IMG/VR virus record: IMGVR_UViG_3300022562_001757
Location: 1-64,000 of that record
Source: a virus
Reading direction: 5' to 3' (one strand)
DNA: 64,000 bases
Position numbers and translations under genes: made by a program. Under the pieces are notes generated by a model. That model saw only the letters and a list, made by a program, of their open reading frames with translations. It made no database searches and had not been told where the DNA came from. Position 1 is the stretch's first letter; the number at the start of each line of letters is the position of its first letter. Below, in pieces: positions 46,993 to 55,344 of this stretch.

Positions 46993-47233
46993 GTTTCACG
47001 AAGTGCGATAGTGCCCGTATATTTAGTGGAAGACGGTTGAAGTCTTTGTCCAACTCGTACGATTTCAGACGCTCCAACAGCACTTCTCCAGACGTGATGT
47101 CGGTGTGGTATGGGATGATGACGCCAGGGGCGCCCATGCGAGCGATGATGTCGGACATCTCCGTGACTTGTTCGAGCGTACCGTCAACGAGTAGCGGAAA
47201 GCGCACCGCAGTACCTTGTAGCAAAAATAGCAT
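46982..47233 (-). CDS. hypothetical protein
   Basis: 83-aa ORF, coupled to the downstream gene. Confidence 0.5.
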   Translation of the reverse strand: MLFLLQGTAVRFPLLVDGTLEQVTEMSDIIARMGAPGVIIPYHTDITSGEVLLERLKSYELDKDFNRLPLNIRALSHFVKLDG

Positions 47234-47248
47234 CGTACATCGTGCTCC

Positions 47249-47527
47249 TCAGCGCGCCGCCTTTGCAGGGCGAATTCGATAGATGGTCTTTACCAACGCA
47301 GCACTCTTGTCCGGCCGAACCATAACCACCATGCGGATGCCGGCTTTTTCTAGAAGCTTGATTCCAATGCCATCAGGCGTTTCTGTGCCGAAGAATAGCA
47401 CGTCTTTGATTTGCGCTTCTGTAATTCCTAGATGCACGGCGCGGTTTATGGCGTGTTGGCTAAAGTTCACGCTGCCAAATCCTGGAACATCCTCGTATAA
47501 GTCTCCGCGGCTTAGGTAGCTTTTCAT
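47249..47527 (-). CDS. DUF4258-like small protein (RelE/BrnT-like fold candidate)
   Basis: FSQHAINRA...GIT...I..VL..G...VKT.Y; GGAGG RBS. Confidence 0.55.
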   Translation of the reverse strand: MKSYLSRGDLYEDVPGFGSVNFSQHAINRAVHLGITEAQIKDVLFFGTETPDGIGIKLLEKAGIRMVVMVRPDKSAALVKTIYRIRPAKAAR

Positions 47528-47563
47528 GCGTTCCTCCTAGCACTGCGAGGATCCGCGCGTTAG

Positions 47564-47759
47564 TCATCCAGGTTGCTGCACTTCGTTGCTCCACCAATAG
47601 CAAAGTCCGCTTTTCCCTCTGCCGTTGTCAGGGCACGCTTCGCAGTACCACTCGCCGGCGATCATCGACCGCCATTGGTCTTCGTTGAGCATGGACGCCG
47701 GGCTGCGCTTCACCTTGTGCAGCGCACCTCCGCACTGTGGGCACTTAGGATTTAGAATT
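47564..47759 (-). CDS. small zinc-ribbon protein (start uncertain)
   Basis: CPQCGG...S.LN.DQW....AG.WYCEAC...CYWW. Confidence 0.5.
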
Positions 47760-47960
47760 TTCTCTTTTCCGCGCCTGGCACTCGGGACAGGTCGGTTGCC
47801 GCTTCTCCAGCCCGAGCGGCAGCACGATAAAATGCTTGCACCGCGTCTCGACGCTGAAGTCATCCGCGTTAGGCTTTTTCCGGCCCTTGACGGCGCACCA
47901 GTGGATGTCGTTGCTCTCGCGGTCGCTTTTCCAGGCTACACACCAACGGTCTTTAGGCAT
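47745..47960 (-). CDS. small Cys-rich protein
   Basis: GGAGG RBS; WCAV...T.C......P......PTCPEC. Confidence 0.6.
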   Translation of the reverse strand: MPKDRWCVAWKSDRESNDIHWCAVKGRKKPNADDFSVETRCKHFIVLPLGLEKRQPTCPECQARKRENSKS

Positions 47961-47977
47961 CGCCGTCTTCCTCCACA

Positions 47978-48035
47978 CGTGGCCGGCTAGTTTTCTGACT
48001 CCGCGCGTGGCCGGCTAGTTTTCTGACTCCGCGCG
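47978..48035. repeat. perfect 28-bp tandem duplication
   Basis: CGTGGCCGGCTAGTTTTCTGACTCCGCG twice, intergenic. Confidence 0.9.
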
Positions 48036-48048
48036 AGATAAACGATCG

Positions 48049-48363
48049 CTAGTCCGCCACGTAGCGCACTTCGGCTGGCGTGTATTCACGCTTGCGCTGC
48101 ACCTTGTACCAGCCTGGGTCGAGGTCGATGTTGCCGTGTTCCTCGTGCTGCACCTGAGCGCGCTCTTGCAGATGGAGGTACACCATGCCGGCCATCATGT
48201 AGAGCGCTGCCCGACGCGCCGCGATGGCGTGAGCGTGGCCTGTAGCCTCACCTTCAGCCAACACGAGACGCCCACGGTCATCGCGCTGCGCCGTTTCCGC
48301 ACCTGCGATCTCAACAGGGGTTGTCGGAATCAATAGAACGTCACCTTGTCTGAACATCTTCAC
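48049..48363 (-). CDS. RQGD...HEEH small partner protein of DUF6745 genes
   Basis: FRQGDVLL, LAEGEATGHAH, HEEH..I.L.PG.Y.V.R.REY; AAGGAG RBS. Confidence 0.8.
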   Translation of the reverse strand: MKMFRQGDVLLIPTTPVEIAGAETAQRDDRGRLVLAEGEATGHAHAIAARRAALYMMAGMVYLHLQERAQVQHEEHGNIDLDPGWYKVQRKREYTPAEVRYVAD

Positions 48364-48496
48364 TCTCCTTGGTAGTTTCGCACCACGTAACTCGGATCGA
48401 AGTTAAGTGACTCGCCACCGGCATCGGATCCGGCACCGTTGCTAATCTCCGCACTTCTTTTCACGGAGCTTAGCGCATTTTATAGCGGAGCACAAG

Positions 48497-49549
48497 TCAG
48501 GTCTCCACCAGGGGTTTATATTCGTCCTTTGGCAGCTCCCACTGCCAAGCAAAGGCTTCTTCGAGCGTGCGTATATTACCAGGTACACGCTCGTAGTAGA
48601 CCTTATGGTGTCCATCAGGTTCTGGCGTAGAGTTTACGACTTCCGTCATCACCAGCGGCTCGTCGTTCAGCTGTTCTGCGCATAGCAATCGTCTAGGATG
48701 CCCAAGCGGATCGATATCTTCGTCTAGCACCGCTGCGTCAATAGCGCGCAAATAGCGCCCGGCACCGTAGCGTTCGATCATCACACGCCGCACTTCCACA
48801 TTGTTTTCTGCCGCTATGCCTTGCGGTGTGATGGTTTCTGAATTTTCGATAACCTCTCGCGAAACCCGAACTCCATGGATGGCCCATACGCCCCACCCAT
48901 CAGGATACTGGATGGCTGGTCCGCTGGTGTTGTGGAGACGATGTTGCTCATCCCGGTGAAGACATGCGGGACGTTCGGAAAGGATGACGGTGTCTTCAAA
49001 CGGCCACCACCAACCACTACTCCTGGCTACCTCAATCTGTGGTCCTGGGTCGGCCGATGAGGTCAGCCCGAAAATATCCTTTACGGTTTGGTAATGACCA
49101 AGCCAAAAGATGTCGTGCGGACCGAAGCAAGGCCGTTCCACAAGCTGCCCAAGTTGTTCCCTAAGCTGGTCCCCGAGCTGTTCCCAAAGCTGGTACCAAA
49201 GCTGGTCCCCGAGCTGTTCACAAAGCTGGTACCAAAGCTGTTCCCTAAGCTGTTCCCTAAGCTGTTCCCTAAGCTGTTCCCTAAGCTGGTCCCTAAGCTG
49301 GTCCCTAAGCTGGTCCCTAATATTGTCCCCGAGCGGCGTACCAAGCGTGTTGGCGGCCAGAAAGAAGCCTTCATGCGGACTTCGCGCCCACAGGATCTTT
49401 TTTGGTTCTGGAAGCCCACGTTCACGATAGGCAGCCTTTACTCCGGCTTCGGCGCGCGGTCGATCGGCGGGACCGGTTTGCGTTCCCAACCGCAGCCATT
49501 CTGTGCGCGCGGCGTAGACTTTCTGCCATTGTTCTTCGGTGATTTTCAT
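48497..49549 (-). CDS. DUF6745-like protein with QLxx tetrad repeats
   Basis: Paralog of 249..1268 along its whole length. Confidence 0.8.
   Translation of the reverse strand: MKITEEQWQKVYAARTEWLRLGTQTGPADRPRAEAGVKAAYRERGLPEPKKILWARSPHEGFFLAANTLGTPLGDNIRDQLRDQLRDQLREQLREQLREQLREQLWYQLCEQLGDQLWYQLWEQLGDQLREQLGQLVERPCFGPHDIFWLGHYQTVKDIFGLTSSADPGPQIEVARSSGWWWPFEDTVILSERPACLHRDEQHRLHNTSGPAIQYPDGWGVWAIHGVRVSREVIENSETITPQGIAAENNVEVRRVMIERYGAGRYLRAIDAAVLDEDIDPLGHPRRLLCAEQLNDEPLVMTEVVNSTPEPDGHHKVYYERVPGNIRTLEEAFAWQWELPKDEYKPLVET
49142..49329 (-). repeat. 12-nt tandem repeat (AGGGACCAGCTT / AGGGAACAGCTT) inside the CDS
   Basis: About 15 units, with runs of identical adjacent copies. Confidence 0.9.
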
Positions 49550-49794
49550 GGCTTCTTTTTGCGCCGCCTTCGTCGCAGGGTGGTCGCGCTTTCATTCCAC
49601 ACGACTGGCGTTCCCGCCGTCCCATACCAATCGCCGATGCGCTGTGCTTCAACAAGAAAACGCATCAACGATACCTGCGAAACGCAGAAGTTCTGGTCAT
49701 CTGGATCCACCGCGTAGGCATCCCACAAGGCTTTTCCACTACGCCACCACGTGCCCTGGTAGCCCGGATTGATGTGCACTTCGTAAAATTGCAT
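49546..49794 (-). CDS. hypothetical protein (start uncertain)
   Basis: C-terminal half of the track ORF; stop overlaps the DUF6745 start. Confidence 0.45.
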   Translation of the reverse strand: MQFYEVHINPGYQGTWWRSGKALWDAYAVDPDDQNFCVSQVSLMRFLVEAQRIGDWYGTAGTPVVWNESATTLRRRRRKKKP

Positions 49795-49828
49795 TTCCGT
49801 TACAGCGTGCTGCGAAAGTAGACGGGCA

Positions 49829-50281
49829 TTATCCGTCTGTGCTCTTACCATTCTTCTGTTCCAGCAAATTGTGGGCGCGCATCCAAGCTGCCCGAAGCAC
49901 GAAGTCGGTCGTCGTATCGAAATGCTCGACTGCGGCACGTTGAATGGTTTCCTTCTCTTCGAGTTCCATTGAGATTGACACCATTTCCTTTTCGCCGACA
50001 TCATCGCCGGTAATGTAGCAGCGGTCGCGATCCACCGTGATCCAATTAAGTACGGGAACCTTCGTGCCATCCTCCTGTTGCTCTAGTGTCCAGACAACAT
50101 TTGGTCGCGTTTCGACCGGAGCGTTGCCCATGATTCTGCGCGCCAACCCGAGGGCAGCGCCAACCATGAAGGCACTCCGATTAGGATCGACACCTAGCAG
50201 ATCAGCTAGGTACTCTACCGCCTCGTCAATTTTATCTTTGATGCGCACCGGCACGCGAATCGTCAAATTGTGCTCTGACAT
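49829..50281 (-). CDS. tandem ribbon-helix-helix transcription regulator
   Basis: LTIRVP..IKDKIDEA...NRSAFM..A and VSISM..EEKETIQRAA...TTDFVLRAA; GGAG RBS. Confidence 0.7.
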   Translation of the reverse strand: MSEHNLTIRVPVRIKDKIDEAVEYLADLLGVDPNRSAFMVGAALGLARRIMGNAPVETRPNVVWTLEQQEDGTKVPVLNWITVDRDRCYITGDDVGEKEMVSISMELEEKETIQRAAVEHFDTTTDFVLRAAWMRAHNLLEQKNGKSTDG

Positions 50282-50311
50282 GCTTGAACTCCAAACGCAA
50301 GTGTCCCTAGT

Positions 50312-50341
50312 GTTATACCAAAACGGTATTACGCTGTCAAT
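50312..50341 (-). promoter_or_regulatory. sigma70-like promoter with conserved spacer (RHH operon)
   Basis: ATTGACA-GCGTAATACCGTTTTGG(17)-TATAAC. Confidence 0.8.
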
Positions 50342-50351
50342 CCTGATTGTA

Positions 50352-50993
50352 TTACGGATGTCGACGGAGGAAGTGCAGGAACTTTAAGAGCTTTTTAGGC
50401 TGGCAATGGAACAAAATGATGGTTTGGCGTCGATGGCGAGCGCGCCAGCGGACTTGGCGCCACATACGAAGGGCCGAAGTGCGGTAGTCGTCGACGTCCC
50501 ACATGACCGTACGAAGGTGCATGTGGCGGACCTCGTGAATCAGTTCAGGGCACCAGAAGCCACCGGGCGGGCGAAAAAATTTCATGTCCACGCCCGTAGC
50601 ACGCTTGACGACCTTGTGGTTTGTACTGAGCTGCCAATGGATCCACCGACGCCGGACAGCGCGATTCTTCTTTCGGCACATGAAAGGATGGTCAAGGCTA
50701 TGGTTGCCCAGCAGGTGCCCTGCACGGTAGATGGCCATGAGCCGCTCATAGTGCCAGCGGTTGGGCGCATAGCGTGGATTCTGATAGTAGTAGCGGACTC
50801 CCCAAGCGTTGATGAAAAATATGGCGCGCAGATGATACGTCTTGAGGATCTTCAAGACTTCTTTGGTGTGCTGGCAGGGGTGATCATCCACCGTCCAGAT
50901 AATCCGGTGCTGATGGCCATCAATGACTTCATTCGTATGTGGCAACGGCGGCGAAACCGCGGACAACAGAAACAGAACAGGAAGTAACATCAT
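50352..50993 (-). CDS. secreted NodB/CE4 polysaccharide deacetylase
   Basis: Hydrophobic N-terminus; TVDDHP, A.FF, GNHSLDH, FRPPGG, WDVD, ILFH motifs. Confidence 0.85.
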   Translation of the reverse strand: MMLLPVLFLLSAVSPPLPHTNEVIDGHQHRIIWTVDDHPCQHTKEVLKILKTYHLRAIFFINAWGVRYYYQNPRYAPNRWHYERLMAIYRAGHLLGNHSLDHPFMCRKKNRAVRRRWIHWQLSTNHKVVKRATGVDMKFFRPPGGFWCPELIHEVRHMHLRTVMWDVDDYRTSALRMWRQVRWRARHRRQTIILFHCQPKKLLKFLHFLRRHP

Positions 50994-51547
50994 GACTGCT
51001 TGCGAGCGAAAAATGGTTGCGGGTCAAGCGTTGACGGGCCGTCGAAGGCTTTATCTCCGCGGCCTGACAGCTTGGCGTCTACGTGCGCTTGGAGCACTTC
51101 CAAGCAGTAGCGGTAGAGGCCCACACGGCGACCACTTTTAGCATGGGTATGCTCCCCTGCCAAGATTTTAAGCCTACCATGGAGTTCTCTGGACATGTGC
51201 AACGATACGATGACTGGAGCGTTGTCTTCGCCTGCTTCTGGAATGAAGGTTTCTTGGGCGTTGGCAGCCGAGCTGACCAGGCTCCAAAGGCGCTGACGGG
51301 CTTTGGGATTGTGCGGAATGTGCTGCATCGCCAGGTCTTGTGCCAACCCGATTTTCTTGCTCAGGCTGTATTGCGCAAGTCGATGTAGCACGTCGTGGCA
51401 AGAAGCACAAAGCCAGACAGTGTTTTCTTCCGTATCGGGGCCGCCGAAACCTTGGGGGATGACGTGGTGGAGATGCAGCAGGCGGGTACTGACGGGCCGT
51501 TCACAATGCACGAAGCAAACGGCCATTTGCTCTTTTCTGTCGGCCAT
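50990..51547 (-). CDS. HNH protein with C-terminal RHH-like domain
   Basis: HLHHVIPQGFGG.D...N.V.LCASCH..LH; VSLHMSRELHGRLK...LYRYC. Confidence 0.8.
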   Translation of the reverse strand: MADRKEQMAVCFVHCERPVSTRLLHLHHVIPQGFGGPDTEENTVWLCASCHDVLHRLAQYSLSKKIGLAQDLAMQHIPHNPKARQRLWSLVSSAANAQETFIPEAGEDNAPVIVSLHMSRELHGRLKILAGEHTHAKSGRRVGLYRYCLEVLQAHVDAKLSGRGDKAFDGPSTLDPQPFFARKQS

Positions 51548-51780
51548 CAGGACATGACGATTCTAAGTGACCGCCGCAGTAGCGTGTCGAGATTGGTGCC
51601 TTTGAGCAGCATCACGGGCGGCGTGAACCGCGGTGCGAGTTCGCGATCGCTGTGTGGCGCCACAATCAGCGTGCTTCGGTTACCATCCGGACCGCGGTAC
51701 GTAATCTGCACTTCTCCGGATGTGATATTCCGAACTACGACTTTGCCTTCTGCAATTGCCTTCTTGAGCTTTTTCGACAT
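51547..51780 (-). CDS. small hypothetical protein
   Basis: 77 aa directly after the tape measure gene. Confidence 0.6.
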   Translation of the reverse strand: MSKKLKKAIAEGKVVVRNITSGEVQITYRGPDGNRSTLIVAPHSDRELAPRFTPPVMLLKGTNLDTLLRRSLRIVMS

Positions 51781-51782
51781 GA

Positions 51783-54773
51783 TTATCCGCCTGTGTGTGT
51801 TCCGTTAGGATTGTTGCCCTGGTTCATGCGCTGCTGTGTCGCCACAGTCATTTGGTTTACGTCGACCAAGACAAAGCCCGAATTTGCGTTTTGCACCGGG
51901 AGCTTTACCACGCCAGTGGCATCTGGGCGGAATGGAGTAACAGTGCCTTCATTTCCGCCAGCTGCTGGCTCAGTACCTGTGGTGATGTTGATGTTTGGCT
52001 GTCGACGATCAGCCATTTGCTGGGCAGCGGCCGGCGGCAAGCCTACTTGCAGTCTGCCTTGATTGGCAACCATCTGGCGTGCAAACATTTCCGTCATGCC
52101 GCCAAGGCCAGCAAATTCTCCAATCATGGACGTTTGCTCGGTGCGCTCGGCAGCGCGCTCACCCTCTTTACCGCCACCAAACAGCTTGGCCGTAAATTCT
52201 GGGTCGCTAAGGATCTCTTTCAAGTCGCGGCGCTGTGAACGCGTGAAGCGCTTCGCTATGGCTTCCGGATCCGTCAGCAAGCTCTGAAATGCTGCAATGT
52301 CCTGCGACGTCTTGAGGCCAGCGCGCACCTTCATCAAGTCTTCCTTGCGCAAGCCAACAAAGCCTTCGCCACCACCTTCTGCCGCGCGAATCCTTCCCGC
52401 GATGCTTTCTCGCCGGCCCTCAAACGTCTTTTGCAGATATTCGGTTTGCTTTATTGAGGCGGCTATACCCTCTTTGCTTACCTTGATATGATGCTTCAGC
52501 TGCTCGTTGTATTTTTCCTGTTTTTCGATATAGTCCCTTTGTACCGGAGAGAGCTTATCCCAGTTTTTCCTGGCCTTTTCAATTGACGCGGTAAGTAGCT
52601 TGGATTCCTTTTCCGTCTCCGGTGTAGCCATACCACGAACGCGCGAAATAGGTCCAGTGTAGGCGCCCTTGCCTAGTCCGACATCAAAGCCAAATATATT
52701 TCCCAGACCTTGAGCCCATTGGGCGCCGACGTCGGCCACAGCGCCAAATAGCTCATTTCGGGACAACGCTCCTGAGATCGAACTGTCCTTTCCGCCAAGC
52801 TCTGGGCGCTTGGCTGTCTCGCCAAGTCCCATCCATTTACCAACTGACTTATCAATCTGGCGCCCAAAGGTAACGCCGGTGATCCCGCTAATTCCTCCAA
52901 GTATCGCTCCTTGGGTTGTTTTGGCTGAGAAGGCGCCGGTAATGGCGTCAGTAATGACTTTTCCAAGCAGCAGACCACCAGCAACAGTTTTCACACCGCC
53001 AAGCAGCGCCCCGCCAGCGCCCAGAATACGACTACCAAAACCAACTTTTGCCGCGGTTGGTGCAACGGCAGCAGCAGGCGCACCAATAGCTGGTGCCATC
53101 GCTCCAGCAGCAGGAGCGAGCGCAGGCGCTGCGGCTGCTCCTCCACCAAAAATTTTGCTTAGCAATCCACCACCTGCACCACCGCCTCCAAATAGCAAGC
53201 GCGCGGCGACCAGCTGCACACCGGCCAAGATACCCATCAACAAGATGGGATTGTTCTCCAGTAGCTTGTACAGCTTCTGCTGCACTTCGTACATCTTCTT
53301 GGCCATTTGATACTGAAGACTTTGCGGTGTATAACCAGCCTTCATCAGATCGTCGAACTTGGTCTTAAACACGTCGAGCTGTTCGCGGTGTTGCTCCTCT
53401 TCTTCCTTGGTTTTCGGAGTGACCTTTGCCATGGAGTCTTGAAGTTTATGAGTAGCTATTAGCTCCGTAAGCGTACCTGCCATGTATGGTTCCATGCCGG
53501 CGACGTTTTGCATATAGGCAGTCAATTGGCCGTAATTTCCGTTGGTTGCCTTTACCAAGTCATCCAAGATCATACGGCTGGCTTGTGAGTCACCGCGCAT
53601 TGCACCAACTAGCTCACGCCATCGAGTAATGTCTGCTTCACCCTTAGTGCGCTCCAAAACGGCTTCCACGCGCTTTCGAGTCTGCTGGTTGGTGATTTGG
53701 TCGAGTCGCCCTTCCATCGCGTCGATATTCGATGCCATCCGCATGGCGAAGACATTGTCTACTTTTTGCAAAGATGACATAAGTCTACCAAATCCACCCG
53801 CCACCGCAGCTTGCTCTGACGACGTCATGCCAGCTTTTGCGGCACCTTCAATCGACTTTACCACAGCAGCACTGTATGCTTCAGCGTCCATCACACCATG
53901 CTGGAATTCACCCTGCATGTTTTTTATGATGCCGATGAATTCTTGGCGGCTAATACGCCCAGTCTTCATGAAGCGGTCACCGAGCTTGTTCAAGCTCTGC
54001 GTCAGCATGTCAGCTTGGCGCGCCACACCGAGCATTTCGCGCTGTGCTTCTCCAATAGTCTTGTTGGAAAAGCGCATACGGTTTTCGAGGAACTCCGCAG
54101 CATGTGCCGCGTCGACACCCATAAAGTTGGCCCACTTGATGGTGTCTTTGGTAAGCGTGCTCAAAGAACCAGACATGTCTGCTTGTGCTGCCAGCTGTCC
54201 TTTGAAGCGGTCCATCAAGTCCGTAGACACCTGGCGGACTTTTTCTACCTCTAAACCGTACTCTGCGGCCACGTCACGCGCGTTGGCATACGCATCGTGC
54301 ACCGCGTCAACAAAGCGCTGCGATTGTTTTCCTGCGGTGCCAATGGCATCGGTGGTCGCATAGGCGGACGCGGCGAAGGCTTTTTGGCCTTGACGCATCT
54401 CTTCCATCATGCGGTTGTACACGTTGGTGACGGAAATAGTCTGCTTGAGCTTACCGAGGAAGCTTGTCAGCGCGCCGCCTGCGTCATGAAACTGCGACTG
54501 AAGAGACCCTACTTGTGCCGCTGCTTTCTTGATACTATCAATCTGCTCACGAAGTACATCGTCAAGGGACTCGAATTTCTTTTCGACATCAGCAACACGC
54601 TTTCCCAGACGACCGAAATTCTGCTCAAACCGTCGTGCAGGATCCGCACTACGCCGCAAAGAATCAGATAGCTCATCATTGCGCTTCCGCAACATTGCCA
54701 TCATGTCCGCAGCTTCGGACAATTTCTTTAGCTGGTCAGGCGTAAATTTGCTGATGTCGATGTCGTCAGCCAT
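51783..54773 (-). CDS. tail tape measure protein
   Basis: 996-aa helical Ala/Gly-rich protein with a hydrophobic segment, downstream of the frameshifted chaperone pair. Confidence 0.8.
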   Translation of the reverse strand: MADDIDISKFTPDQLKKLSEAADMMAMLRKRNDELSDSLRRSADPARRFEQNFGRLGKRVADVEKKFESLDDVLREQIDSIKKAAAQVGSLQSQFHDAGGALTSFLGKLKQTISVTNVYNRMMEEMRQGQKAFAASAYATTDAIGTAGKQSQRFVDAVHDAYANARDVAAEYGLEVEKVRQVSTDLMDRFKGQLAAQADMSGSLSTLTKDTIKWANFMGVDAAHAAEFLENRMRFSNKTIGEAQREMLGVARQADMLTQSLNKLGDRFMKTGRISRQEFIGIIKNMQGEFQHGVMDAEAYSAAVVKSIEGAAKAGMTSSEQAAVAGGFGRLMSSLQKVDNVFAMRMASNIDAMEGRLDQITNQQTRKRVEAVLERTKGEADITRWRELVGAMRGDSQASRMILDDLVKATNGNYGQLTAYMQNVAGMEPYMAGTLTELIATHKLQDSMAKVTPKTKEEEEQHREQLDVFKTKFDDLMKAGYTPQSLQYQMAKKMYEVQQKLYKLLENNPILLMGILAGVQLVAARLLFGGGGAGGGLLSKIFGGGAAAAPALAPAAGAMAPAIGAPAAAVAPTAAKVGFGSRILGAGGALLGGVKTVAGGLLLGKVITDAITGAFSAKTTQGAILGGISGITGVTFGRQIDKSVGKWMGLGETAKRPELGGKDSSISGALSRNELFGAVADVGAQWAQGLGNIFGFDVGLGKGAYTGPISRVRGMATPETEKESKLLTASIEKARKNWDKLSPVQRDYIEKQEKYNEQLKHHIKVSKEGIAASIKQTEYLQKTFEGRRESIAGRIRAAEGGGEGFVGLRKEDLMKVRAGLKTSQDIAAFQSLLTDPEAIAKRFTRSQRRDLKEILSDPEFTAKLFGGGKEGERAAERTEQTSMIGEFAGLGGMTEMFARQMVANQGRLQVGLPPAAAQQMADRRQPNINITTGTEPAAGGNEGTVTPFRPDATGVVKLPVQNANSGFVLVDVNQMTVATQQRMNQGNNPNGTHTGG

Positions 54774-55344
54774 AGCGCTCAGTTATCCAACTTGGTAGGT
54801 TTCTTTCCGCACGGCGCACTTTTCGCGGTGCGCGCTTCTGCCACGCTGTTTTGTTAGAATACGGGTCCTTCGGGGCGTGCGGCATGATGTTCGACTGCAC
54901 GAACTTTGCGAATGCTGCGCGATCGCTATCGAACAGGTCTTCAAAGTCATCGTCACGCCGCGCCCATTCTGGTGCGCCCCTGCCAAATTTCTGCCCGAAC
55001 ATCTTCTTGACTTGCTCTTGCAGTTCGGGCTCGATAGCAACGGCAAGAGGAATGAACACTTCTTCTAGTGGCTTTTTGCCTGCCTTCCGACCTACGTCCG
55101 CCTCGGCAAACAATCCATCCACCATGTTGCGCGTCCAGCGCGTCCCCAGCATTTCTCCCAGGGTGTCGAACTTTTCTCGGTTGACTTTTTCGTTCCAATG
55201 CAACGCGAACATTAACGCGGTTGGATTACGGAAGAGCCTCTGGGCGCGCTCGTCTGTCGGCAGTAGGCCAGCATAAGTGATTACTCGTCCCCAGGCGGAG
55301 AGGTAGGGGTCGTTGTCTGCTTCGCTGACCAATCTAGTAAAGGG
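54766..55344 (-). CDS. tail assembly chaperone, -1 frame part (gpT-like)
   Basis: No good independent start; in frame with a -1 shift at CCCTTTA 55338..55344. Confidence 0.7.
   Translation of the reverse strand, partial: PFTRLVSEADNDPYLSAWGRVITYAGLLPTDERAQRLFRNPTALMFALHWNEKVNREKFDTLGEMLGTRWTRNMVDGLFAEADVGRKAGKKPLEEVFIPLAVAIEPELQEQVKKMFGQKFGRGAPEWARRDDDFEDLFDSDRAAFAKFVQSNIMPHAPKDPYSNKTAWQKRAPRKVRRAERNLPSWITERYG

Noticed and set aside
249-49549. DUF6745 copies as a DGR template/variable pair
   Set aside because: There is no reverse transcriptase in the window, and the differences are not adenine-specific by eye.
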